IMG/VR virus record: IMGVR_UViG_3300048847_000024
Span: 1-52,257 of that record
From: a virus
Lineage: Duplodnaviria > Caudoviricetes
Strand: one strand, 5' to 3'
DNA length: 52,257 bases
Of this stretch, positions 34,298 through 43,114 are shown in pieces (the stretch's first letter is position 1; each line of letters begins with the position of its first letter). The position numbers and the translations under genes are program-made. Under the pieces are notes generated by a model, which did no database searches, was not told the origin of the DNA, and worked only from the letters and a program-made list of their open reading frames with translations.

Positions 34298-37200
34298 ATG
34301 CAGACCAGCGCGATCAGATTGCTGACCGTGCGCGGACGCGCGGAAGGGCTCGACAGCCTCGCCTCCGCACTCGATCGCGTGAAGGCGGCGCAGACGGGCG
34401 TCGCCACCGCGTCGGACGTGCTCGGCGCGGCTACCGACCGGAGCGCGCGCAAGCAGGAGAGCGCGGCCGCCAAATGGGCGACCCTGCAGGCGAGGGTCGA
34501 TCCGGTGGCCCGCGCTCTCACCGGCATGGAGCGCGAGCTGCGCACCGCCACGATGGCGCTCGATCAGGGCGTCATCGGCGCGGACCGGTTCGCGCATGAG
34601 CTGGAGCGTCTGCACCGGAATGTCGAAGCGGCTGGCGTCATCGCACTGCCGCGACTCGATCAGAGCGGGCTGCACGCGTCGCTTGGCGTCGTTGTCGACG
34701 AGGTCAGGACTTCCGCGCGGGAGAGCGCGGCGGCGTTCGAGGCGGAGTTTAGGCGGCTGGACGAGATCGCCCGGCTGCGCGGAGAGGAGGCCGGCCGCGC
34801 GTTCCAGGACGGGCTCAACCGAAGCTTCAACATCGGCGGACAATCGGCGGTCAGCGGAGGCGCGACCTTCTCCGCGCTGGAGGAGGAGGCGCGGCGACAG
34901 GACCAGATCGAGCAGGCGAGGCGCGCGCACGCGGCGGAGGTCAGCCAGCGCGGATTGAACGACGCCCTCGGCATCGGTCGGCCGGCCATTTCGGCGCGGG
35001 ACTCCGCGAGCGTGTTCGAGGCGGAAGCCCGGCGGATCGAGTCTGCGGCGGAACACGCCTCGGGCGCTTGGGGCCGCCTGCAGGCGATGGGCCGCGCGAA
35101 CCTCGATCTCGTGAACCGGAGCAACCTGAACGACGAGGCGTCCCGTCGGCTCGGGAACATGGGAGCCGCCGGGCAGCAGGCTGCGAAGGGCGCAGCTCTC
35201 GCCAGCCACGAGATGGGCAACCTTGCGTTCCAGATCAACGACGTCGCGACGATGCTGGCGATGGGGCAGAGCCCCTTGATGATCCTGGCGTCGCAGGGAG
35301 GGCAGTTCGTCCAGATCTTCCAAGGCGCAAAGGGTGGCCCCGCCGCGGTTCTCAAGCAGATCGGAACGGCGGCGCTCGGCTTGCTGACGCCGGTTCGCCT
35401 TCTCATGGCCGGCCTTGTCGGGGCCACCGGAGCGATCGCGTGGTTCGGCTCTTCCGGCAGCCGCCATGTCGAGGCGGTGGAGGACGCCTTCCAGCGTCAC
35501 GCCGACACCATCCGCGAGATCAAGGGGCTCTACGGCGAAGCTGCGCACACGCTGAAGGAGATGGCCGAACAGAGCGTTCTGGTCGCGCGCGCGTTGGCGC
35601 AGGTCAACGCTCTGCGAATGCGCGAGCAGGTGATGACGAAGGCGGGGGAGGCGCTCCGGTCTTTCGGCTCGGGCGTCGACAGCCAGGCGACCATGGATCC
35701 GATGGGGTCCGCCACCGGGTTCAGCGAGCGCCCGCTCTTCGACGTGAGCGCCCGGTACGCTCAGTTCCGCGAACAGATCGAGGCGTTGCAGAAGTCCTAC
35801 GCGGAGGGCACGCCGGACGTTCTCGCCTTTCAGGACGCCGTCTCGAGTAAGATGGTCGGCGGGATGCGGGAGGCGGTCGAAGCCGGACAGGAGCTGCTCG
35901 ACAAGACGAAGGAAGTGGCGGACGCCGCGCGGAAGCTGCCCTCTGCCCTGGAGAGCGCCGCCGGGGCGTTCAAGAGCGTCATCGGCACTAAGGAGTGGGA
36001 AGGCTTCCTTATCCAGCAGGCTGGCTCCTACCGCGACATGAAGGCGGGGTGGGAGGAAGCCGAAAGCCGCGCCGCAACGTCCTACGGCTTCGATGTGCGG
36101 GCGATCGCGGCTCGCACCGTCGAGCAGCGCGCGGCTGTCGCGGCCGACCGGGCCCGCGCCGAGGCTCTGCAGGACGCCTCGACGGCCGCCTATGCTGACG
36201 CCGCGGCCCAGCGCGCAGCCGGCCGGGTCTACGCAGAAGCCACCGAGCAGGCGAGGGCGGCGGCTCAGGAGAGGGCTCTCGCGCAGGGCGAACGCCTCGC
36301 CTCCGCCGCTCTCGACCTTCGCTCCGTCGACCTGCCGATCGTCGAGGCGGAGCGTCTCCGGATCATCCTCGACAGGACGAACGACGCACGGCGGGAGGCG
36401 CTCGCGCTTACCAGGTCCGATCGTCTCTCGGCCGAGCGCGTCCGGCAGATCAACGACGAGGCGGACGCGCTTTCCGGGCTCAGCCAGAAGCTCCGCGAGG
36501 CCAATCTGGCGCGAGACATCGCCAATGATCGGCGCCGCCTGTTCATGAGCGACCGCGACGCCTCGATCGACCGCGATCTTGAGCAGGCGGGGCTCCGCCA
36601 GAACGGGCTGAACACGGAGGCGGGCGCGCGGCAGGTCGATTACGGCGGCGCGAAGGTCGCGGTTGCCGACCTCTATGCCGAGCAGCTGCGGGTGAACGAC
36701 GCCCTTCGCGAGATGAAGGACATCGGCCGCGACGCCTGGTCGACGCTGACCGAAGGCGTCATGAACGGGGAGGGCGCGCTGAAGTCCGCCGCGAAGGCCG
36801 GCCGCTCCCTTCTCCGCAACCTGACGAAGCGCAGCCTCGACACGGTCTATGAGAACGCGTGGAGCGCCCTCGGTGACGCGATGCCGGGGCTGAAGGAGCT
36901 CGGTCTCGGCGGAAAGCCGGACGGCTCTCGCGCTCGCCCGTTCCACGTCATAATGGGCGGCGCGGGCGGCGCCGAGGGTCTGCTCGGCAAGGCGGCCAAT
37001 GATCTTGTCGGCGCGAAGCTCTCTGGCTCTGGCGACGTGACGAGTGCTCCGTTGCCGCGGCTTCTGTCGACCGAGGCCAACGACAATCGGCCGGCTCCGA
37101 ACGCTGCCCCGTTTGCGGCCGCTGTGTCCCGCGCGGCCGGGGCTGGCGGCGGCGATCTCTCCTTCGTCGGCAACTATCGCCGAGGCGTCGATCCCCGTCT

Positions 37201-38560
37201 GACCGAGATCCTGAACGAGGCCGCTTCGCGCTCGGGCTATAAGGTCGAGGCTTTTTCCGGCTTCCGGCCTGGCGACCCGCGCTTCCACGGCAAGGGCCTC
37301 GCCACCGATGTCCGCCTGCTCGATCAGGCGACGGGCAAGCCCCTGCCGAACTACCAGAACGCCGAGAGCTTCCGCGCCTATGAGCAGTTCGCTCAGGAGG
37401 CGCGCACGGTGCAGATGGAGCGCTATCCCGGCCTCGCCGACGACTTCCGGTGGGGCGGCTATTTCGGCGGCGGCCGCGGCAAGTACGGCGCGATGGACAC
37501 GATGCATTTCGACCTCGGCGGACGCCGGGTCGGGATGGGCGGCGGTTCCTGGGAAGAAGGCCTGTCGCCGACGCAGCGCCGGCTGTGGCCGGGCGCCCGG
37601 TCTCAAGGCATGGGCACGCGGCTCCCCGAGGAGCGCGTCAGCGGCTCCCTCCTGACCGGCGGCGCCGGGTCAAACATGCTCACGGGGGCTTCCGCCGCGA
37701 ACGACAACCTGACGGCGCTCGCGCAGACGGCTGGAACCGCATCGTCCGGGTTGGACACGTTCGGCACGAACGCCTCGGGGCTGGCCAACAATCTGCTGGC
37801 GCCTTCGGGCGCACTCGGCGACGCGACATCGAAGCTCAGTGCGTCGAGCGGGCTGCTGGCGTCGTCGACAGACCAGGCGGCGAACGCCTCCCAGGGCTTC
37901 GCCGGCGGGCTGGCGGGCGGCTTGGGCAACATCCTGACCGGCATCGGCCAGGTCGGCTCGTCATTCCTCGGCGGCCTCGGCAACGTCTTCACCTCGCTCA
38001 TCGGAGCGATCGGCGGCATGGGCGGTGGCGCGGCGGGCGGTGGAGGCGGCGCAGGCGGTCTTCTCTCGATCGTCGGCAGCCTCTTCGGCTTCGAAGAGGG
38101 CGGCTACACGGGTCCGTACGGAACCGGCCAAGTCGCGGGCGTGGTGCATGGGCAGGAGTTCGTCGCCCATGCGGAGGCGACCCGCCGCTGGCGGCCGATG
38201 CTCGAGCGCATGAACGCCGGGCTGGAGCCGTTTCCCGCGACGGGCGCACTGCTCCGCGCCAGCCGTGACATCGACCTGCCGCGACTGCACCAGCCGCAAT
38301 TGGGCATGACCGAGCGACCGCGGCCCTACGTTCCGCCCCCTTACGTGCCGCCGGTGCGCGAAGGCTCCAGCGTGACGACGGTCAAAAGCGTCGTGAAGGT
38401 GGAGTTCGATGATCCGATGTTCCGCTCCCGCGTGATCGAAACGTCGACGCCCGTCGCAGAGCGCGAGAGCGCCCGAAGCGGCATGCAGTCCGTGCGGATC
38501 TCCGACAGCCGGGTCGAGGAGAACCGCCGGCGCATCGAACGGCATGGTCACGCGCGATGA
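34298..38560 (+). CDS. Tape measure protein (1420 aa) with an embedded M15-like peptidase domain
   Basis: True start MQTSAIR after the GT stop; NLAFQINDV...GQSP....QGGQ motif; FEEGGYTG...AGVVHGQEFV. Confidence 0.92.
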   Translation: MQTSAIRLLTVRGRAEGLDSLASALDRVKAAQTGVATASDVLGAATDRSARKQESAAAKWATLQARVDPVARALTGMERELRTATMALDQGVIGADRFAHELERLHRNVEAAGVIALPRLDQSGLHASLGVVVDEVRTSARESAAAFEAEFRRLDEIARLRGEEAGRAFQDGLNRSFNIGGQSAVSGGATFSALEEEARRQDQIEQARRAHAAEVSQRGLNDALGIGRPAISARDSASVFEAEARRIESAAEHASGAWGRLQAMGRANLDLVNRSNLNDEASRRLGNMGAAGQQAAKGAALASHEMGNLAFQINDVATMLAMGQSPLMILASQGGQFVQIFQGAKGGPAAVLKQIGTAALGLLTPVRLLMAGLVGATGAIAWFGSSGSRHVEAVEDAFQRHADTIREIKGLYGEAAHTLKEMAEQSVLVARALAQVNALRMREQVMTKAGEALRSFGSGVDSQATMDPMGSATGFSERPLFDVSARYAQFREQIEALQKSYAEGTPDVLAFQDAVSSKMVGGMREAVEAGQELLDKTKEVADAARKLPSALESAAGAFKSVIGTKEWEGFLIQQAGSYRDMKAGWEEAESRAATSYGFDVRAIAARTVEQRAAVAADRARAEALQDASTAAYADAAAQRAAGRVYAEATEQARAAAQERALAQGERLASAALDLRSVDLPIVEAERLRIILDRTNDARREALALTRSDRLSAERVRQINDEADALSGLSQKLREANLARDIANDRRRLFMSDRDASIDRDLEQAGLRQNGLNTEAGARQVDYGGAKVAVADLYAEQLRVNDALREMKDIGRDAWSTLTEGVMNGEGALKSAAKAGRSLLRNLTKRSLDTVYENAWSALGDAMPGLKELGLGGKPDGSRARPFHVIMGGAGGAEGLLGKAANDLVGAKLSGSGDVTSAPLPRLLSTEANDNRPAPNAAPFAAAVSRAAGAGGGDLSFVGNYRRGVDPRLTEILNEAASRSGYKVEAFSGFRPGDPRFHGKGLATDVRLLDQATGKPLPNYQNAESFRAYEQFAQEARTVQMERYPGLADDFRWGGYFGGGRGKYGAMDTMHFDLGGRRVGMGGGSWEEGLSPTQRRLWPGARSQGMGTRLPEERVSGSLLTGGAGSNMLTGASAANDNLTALAQTAGTASSGLDTFGTNASGLANNLLAPSGALGDATSKLSASSGLLASSTDQAANASQGFAGGLAGGLGNILTGIGQVGSSFLGGLGNVFTSLIGAIGGMGGGAAGGGGGAGGLLSIVGSLFGFEEGGYTGPYGTGQVAGVVHGQEFVAHAEATRRWRPMLERMNAGLEPFPATGALLRASRDIDLPRLHQPQLGMTERPRPYVPPPYVPPVREGSSVTTVKSVVKVEFDDPMFRSRVIETSTPVAERESARSGMQSVRISDSRVEENRRRIERHGHAR

Positions 38561-39288
38561 AGGCCAAGATCGTCTGGCCCCATGAGATGCTCGTGCCCGC
38601 CAAGGTGATCGCGCACCCCGTCGGCCGCAGCGTTGAGGGCGCCATGCCGCTTTCCGGCGGTGCTCCAGGCCGCGTCGTCTTCGGCCGCGGCGGCGTGTGG
38701 ATCATCGCGCTCGTCGACGTCATGCTGCACGAGCGCGTCATGCAGGCCGTCTGGAAAGCTCTGCGCGCGCAGCAGAAAAACGGCTCCGTGCCGATCATCG
38801 TGCCTTACATGAACTCCTGGCTCCGGGCTCAACCGCTGGGCACCGCGCCGCTCGTTCCGTTCAGCGACGGCGCGACCTTCACCGACGGGGCGATGTTCGA
38901 GACCCGGTCGATCTGGGCCCAGATCCTCGAAGACGCCGACCACGGCGCGACCGAGCTCCGTATCCGCGTTCTCAACGCCGCTCCGTTCATCGGCGCCGAG
39001 CCGTTCTCGATCAACCATTCGATCGCCGACTGGCGGCTCTACGAGACGGCTTCGGTGCTAGAGGCGGAGCCGGTCGGCGGCGGCTTCGATTATCTGCTTG
39101 AGTTCGGGCCTCCGCTGCGCCAGCGCGTACGCGCCGGCGAGGAGGTCGATTTCGATCTTCCGCGTTGCGTGGTGAAGCTGATGGACGCCGACGGCATGCA
39201 GCTCGAGGAACAGCAGGTCGTCGCCGCGAGCGTCACCTTCGTCGAGGACATGTCCGCGCTCGAAGGTCTGCCGGAGCACGCGGCGTGA
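38557..39288 (+). CDS. Distal tail-like protein
   Basis: VPFSDGATFTDG.MF, PPLR; synteny. Confidence 0.7.
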   Translation: MKAKIVWPHEMLVPAKVIAHPVGRSVEGAMPLSGGAPGRVVFGRGGVWIIALVDVMLHERVMQAVWKALRAQQKNGSVPIIVPYMNSWLRAQPLGTAPLVPFSDGATFTDGAMFETRSIWAQILEDADHGATELRIRVLNAAPFIGAEPFSINHSIADWRLYETASVLEAEPVGGGFDYLLEFGPPLRQRVRAGEEVDFDLPRCVVKLMDADGMQLEEQQVVAASVTFVEDMSALEGLPEHAA

Positions 39289-39911
39289 GCCTGCCACCGG
39301 ACCCCCCGGTGGACGAGCGGCTCGCCTCCGCGACGATGCGGGTCGACGCGGCGCTTCGCATCGGCTGGAACGACGGCCAGGTCTCGCGGCTGACGTCCGC
39401 AGCCGGTGGCGTCTATGTGCCGGCCGATCACATCGAGGACGAGGACCACGTCTACTATCCCGGCGTGCCCGCGATCGGACAGATCCCGGCCCTGCGCGCT
39501 CTGATCAATGGCATCTCGGACAGCGTCGAGTTCGGCCTCTCGGGCCTGCCGAGCCGGATCGCGGAAGTCGCCGACGAGCAGTCGCACCTCGCCAAGGGCG
39601 CTGCGATCTATGTGGGCAAGCTCTACTGGGACGATCGCTGGCAGATGATCGGCGGCCCGCGCTGGTGCTGGCGGGGCGCCGCCGGAACGATCCGTCTTCG
39701 CCGCGCCGGCGGCCGCATCGCGGGCGGGCGGTACACGCCTCCGACCTGGACGATCTCGATCGAGGCGGGCACCGCCCAGATCCGCCGCGCCGGCGCGCAG
39801 CTTTCCTACTGGACCGACGCGCAGCACCAGCGGCTCAACCCGGGAGACCGCTTCTTCCAGTTCGTCGGCTACTACAACCAGGGCAAGCGGCTGCCCTACC
39901 CGAAGGCCTGA
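39285..39911 (+). CDS. Minor tail (tip) protein
   Basis: GTG coupled to the upstream stop; WTDA.HQ...PGD.FF.FV. Confidence 0.7.
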   Translation: MSLPPDPPVDERLASATMRVDAALRIGWNDGQVSRLTSAAGGVYVPADHIEDEDHVYYPGVPAIGQIPALRALINGISDSVEFGLSGLPSRIAEVADEQSHLAKGAAIYVGKLYWDDRWQMIGGPRWCWRGAAGTIRLRRAGGRIAGGRYTPPTWTISIEAGTAQIRRAGAQLSYWTDAQHQRLNPGDRFFQFVGYYNQGKRLPYPKA

Positions 39912-39912
39912 G

Positions 39913-40350
39913 GTGGACCGTCTGGATCGCCTCGCCGCCTATCTCGACGAGGCGGCGGCGGAGCCATGGTCCTGGCCGAACTCGAACTGCCTGACCTTCC
40001 TCGGCCGCTGGGTTCAGCGCGAACGGCCGGACTACGACTTCAGCGGCTGGATTGGGGCGTGCCGGGACTGGCCTGACGCGCGGCGGATCGCCCGTCGCGC
40101 AGGGGGGACTGACGCCCTCGTCGAGAGGCAGGCGAGAGCGGCAGGCCTCAGTCGGGTCGAGCCGGACGAAGCCTGCCCCGGCGACATCGGCCTCGTGCGC
40201 ATCCGGCGCGACCCGGTCAAGCCCGGACACCTGACGCTCGGCTGCATCCTGTCGCCCAACCGTCGCTGGGTGGTCCGGACCAATACGGGCGCCGTCTTCC
40301 TCGACCGCGAGAGGCACCTCGTCTCGCCGCATCTCGCCTGGGAAGTCTGA
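39913..40350 (+). CDS. NlpC/P60-like tail tip assembly protein
   Basis: W....NC..F...W, GDIG; synteny. Confidence 0.7.
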   Translation: MDRLDRLAAYLDEAAAEPWSWPNSNCLTFLGRWVQRERPDYDFSGWIGACRDWPDARRIARRAGGTDALVERQARAAGLSRVEPDEACPGDIGLVRIRRDPVKPGHLTLGCILSPNRRWVVRTNTGAVFLDRERHLVSPHLAWEV

Positions 40351-40352
40351 CC

Positions 40353-43028
40353 ATGCCTCAGGCGATCGGCGCCGCCATCATCGCCCTCGGCTCGGCCGCC
40401 GGCGTGACCATCACGGCGACGGCGGCGGCGACGCTGGGCAACCTCGTCGTGGCCGGCGCGCTCGTCGGCGCGCAGCTGCTACTGGCGCCGAAGCCGGACA
40501 TCCCGAAGCCGCAGGACGGCAAGGTCTCGCTCAAGCAGACGATCCCGCCGCCGATCTATGGCTACGGCCGCCATCGCATCGCCGGCCCGCGCAACGTCTT
40601 CGAGATGGTCGGCTCCACCGCCTATGTCGGCATGCCGTTCCATCAGGGTCTGATCGACGGCGTCGAGAAGTTTTACCTGCACGACGACGCGGTGGAGTTC
40701 GATCCGGGCCAGGTGGACGGACCCGTCCTCATGCCGAGCGCGTCTGGCCGTTACCGCGGCGACGGGCTGGATGAAAAGGACATCTCGATCTATTGGCGGC
40801 TCGGGCTCCCGACCGAGGCCGCCTATCCGCAGCTCATCGGCAAGCTCTCCGCATGGGGCGCGGACTGCCGGGGCGACGGCGTCGCCTCGGTCCTCATGGT
40901 CGCCCGGACCCCGAACCAGAAGAACATCCAGAAGCGCATCCCCTTCGGCCTTCCGGAGCCGTCGGTCGTCGCGCGCCTGCGACGCTGCTGGGACCCTCGC
41001 GACCTGGCCCAGGATCCAGACGTCGCTGCGACGTGGACCTGGACCCGCAATCCGATGCGGCACCTGCTGCATTTCTATTGCCACTGCCCGGCGGGCTATC
41101 GGTCGCCTGTCGCGACGGTCTATGAGCGCTACGCGGGCTACTGGCACGCGGCCATGGACATCTGCGACGAGCAGGTCGAGCGCGCCGACGGCGCGTTCGA
41201 GCCGCGCTACGCCGCCGGCGGCCACTACACCTCGGAGAGCCCGCGTCGCTCGATCGTCGAGGCGCTGCTCCGATCCTGCGACGGCTGGCTGACCGAGGCC
41301 GGTGACGGCGGGATCATCGTGTTCGCCGGCTGGTACTACGAGCCGTCCGTCGTCATCAGCGATCGGCACATCGACAGCATCGACATCTCGAAACAGAGGC
41401 TCGAGGACGAGGACGTCAACACCCTCATCGTCAAGGTCGTCTCGGCCGACCACGGTTACGAGCAGGTCGAGGCGGACCCTTGGGTCGATCAGGCTGAGAT
41501 CGACGCCGGCGCGATCACAGTCGCGGCCGACGCCAAGGCCGAATGGTGCCAGAGCTATACGCAGGGTCGCCGGCTGGCGAAATCGGAGCTGACGAAGCTC
41601 CGCTGCGCCGTTCGCGGCAAGCTGGTCCTCAAGCCCTATGGCGAGAACCTGAAGGGCCGCCGGTTCTTCTACCTCAACTCCACCGAGATGATCTCGACCC
41701 GCATGCTGCCGTGCGAGGTCGTCGGGCTGGTCGACAACACCTTCGAGAACGGAACGATCGAGGTCGACTTCCAGTCGGTCGACGTCGATCGCTACGCCTG
41801 GGACCGGATGACGGAGGAGGGCAGGCGGCCGGCAATTCCTGACCGCGCCGAGGAGGATGATCTTCCGATCCCGCCGGCTCCGGAGCTGTCGGTCATCTCG
41901 CAGCCGGTCGCTGGAGGGTCGGCGATCTCCGTCGTGTCGGCGGTGAGCCCGCCTGTCGAGGCGTGGCCCGACCTCAGCCTCGAAGGCCGTATCCGCCGGG
42001 TCGGCACGACCGCGTGGCTGCCGATGTCTGCGCCGGACGATGGCCTGCAGGTGATCTCCGGCGCGCTCGGGGAAGGCGCCTACGAGGTTCAGACCCGCTA
42101 CCGCGGCGGCGGCGGGAGCGTCGGCGAGTATTCGCCGCTCTCGTCGATCAATGTCGTCCTCGATCCGACGCCACCGCTCACGCCAGAGGCTTTTGACGCG
42201 ATCCTCGCCGGAACGACCGCCACCATCAACCTGACCTCAGCCGCGAACGACACACACACGCAGAAGCTCGAGGTGCGGGCGGGATCGCCGGCGCAGTCGC
42301 CCCTCAGCATGCCGGTGCTCGGAACGAAGCTCCGCGATGATAGCAGGCCGTTCAGCGAGACCCCGAGCCCGGGCGTGCGGCGCTACTACGGCTTCGCCCT
42401 GAACGTCTCCGGCATTCGATCTGTGACGCCTGCGGGCCCCGATGACGTGACTGTCTCCGGACAGGTCGGGGCCGACCCGATCGCATATCCCGACGGCAAT
42501 CTCGGCACGGTCGGCGCGGCGCTGTGGACCCGGCGCAGCGGCAACGCGGGCGCGTTCAAGGTAGTTTCTGGCGTGATCCACGCGACCGACGTGGCTTCCG
42601 CGATCTATACGCTGCCGGATCTCTACTCGCTGAATTATTATATCGAGTTCGAGTGGCTCGCGTCCGCCGGCTCCAGTACCGGCATCCTTCTCGCGGCGAA
42701 GGATCCCAGCAATTACGTGCTGCTCCGCTACACCGCTGCGAATGTCTGGACGGCGTTCAAGCGCATCGCCAACGTCAACACGACCGTCATTGCCAACACG
42801 GCCGCGGCCCTGCCGGCCTCCGGCGCTTTGGTCCGCTGCGAGCGCGCTGGCGACACGGTGCGGATCAAAGTCGGCGGCGTGATTATCGCCTCTGGCGGCT
42901 TGGGCGGAGACCTGGCGGCGCTCACCGGGTCAGGCGCGAGCGCCTATTACGCCGACCAGCGCGTCGGCCTGTTCAATCAGTCCGCGATCGGTGCCTTCGC
43001 CGACAACGTGAAGTGGGGGCTCCTGTGA
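40353..43028 (+). CDS. Central tail / host-specificity protein with FN3 and C-terminal lectin-like domains
   Basis: YG..RI.G, DPR...W.W..NP, AMDICDE.V, RY...G; beta-rich C-terminus. Confidence 0.85.
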   Translation: MPQAIGAAIIALGSAAGVTITATAAATLGNLVVAGALVGAQLLLAPKPDIPKPQDGKVSLKQTIPPPIYGYGRHRIAGPRNVFEMVGSTAYVGMPFHQGLIDGVEKFYLHDDAVEFDPGQVDGPVLMPSASGRYRGDGLDEKDISIYWRLGLPTEAAYPQLIGKLSAWGADCRGDGVASVLMVARTPNQKNIQKRIPFGLPEPSVVARLRRCWDPRDLAQDPDVAATWTWTRNPMRHLLHFYCHCPAGYRSPVATVYERYAGYWHAAMDICDEQVERADGAFEPRYAAGGHYTSESPRRSIVEALLRSCDGWLTEAGDGGIIVFAGWYYEPSVVISDRHIDSIDISKQRLEDEDVNTLIVKVVSADHGYEQVEADPWVDQAEIDAGAITVAADAKAEWCQSYTQGRRLAKSELTKLRCAVRGKLVLKPYGENLKGRRFFYLNSTEMISTRMLPCEVVGLVDNTFENGTIEVDFQSVDVDRYAWDRMTEEGRRPAIPDRAEEDDLPIPPAPELSVISQPVAGGSAISVVSAVSPPVEAWPDLSLEGRIRRVGTTAWLPMSAPDDGLQVISGALGEGAYEVQTRYRGGGGSVGEYSPLSSINVVLDPTPPLTPEAFDAILAGTTATINLTSAANDTHTQKLEVRAGSPAQSPLSMPVLGTKLRDDSRPFSETPSPGVRRYYGFALNVSGIRSVTPAGPDDVTVSGQVGADPIAYPDGNLGTVGAALWTRRSGNAGAFKVVSGVIHATDVASAIYTLPDLYSLNYYIEFEWLASAGSSTGILLAAKDPSNYVLLRYTAANVWTAFKRIANVNTTVIANTAAALPASGALVRCERAGDTVRIKVGGVIIASGGLGGDLAALTGSGASAYYADQRVGLFNQSAIGAFADNVKWGLL

Positions 43029-43114
43029 GCCTCGCTGCGGCCTAGCCGCTTACTCCTCATTCCGACCTACCCCAGCCCGCCATCGCGCGGGCTTCCTGCA
43101 TTTTGAGGGCCACT

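Noticed and set aside
34040-37606. 1188-aa minus-strand ORF, and similar long antisense ORFs (23949-25964, 26110-27426, 28140-29504, 9208-10464)
   Set aside because: Shadow frames of high-GC genes with clear plus-strand products; no motifs.
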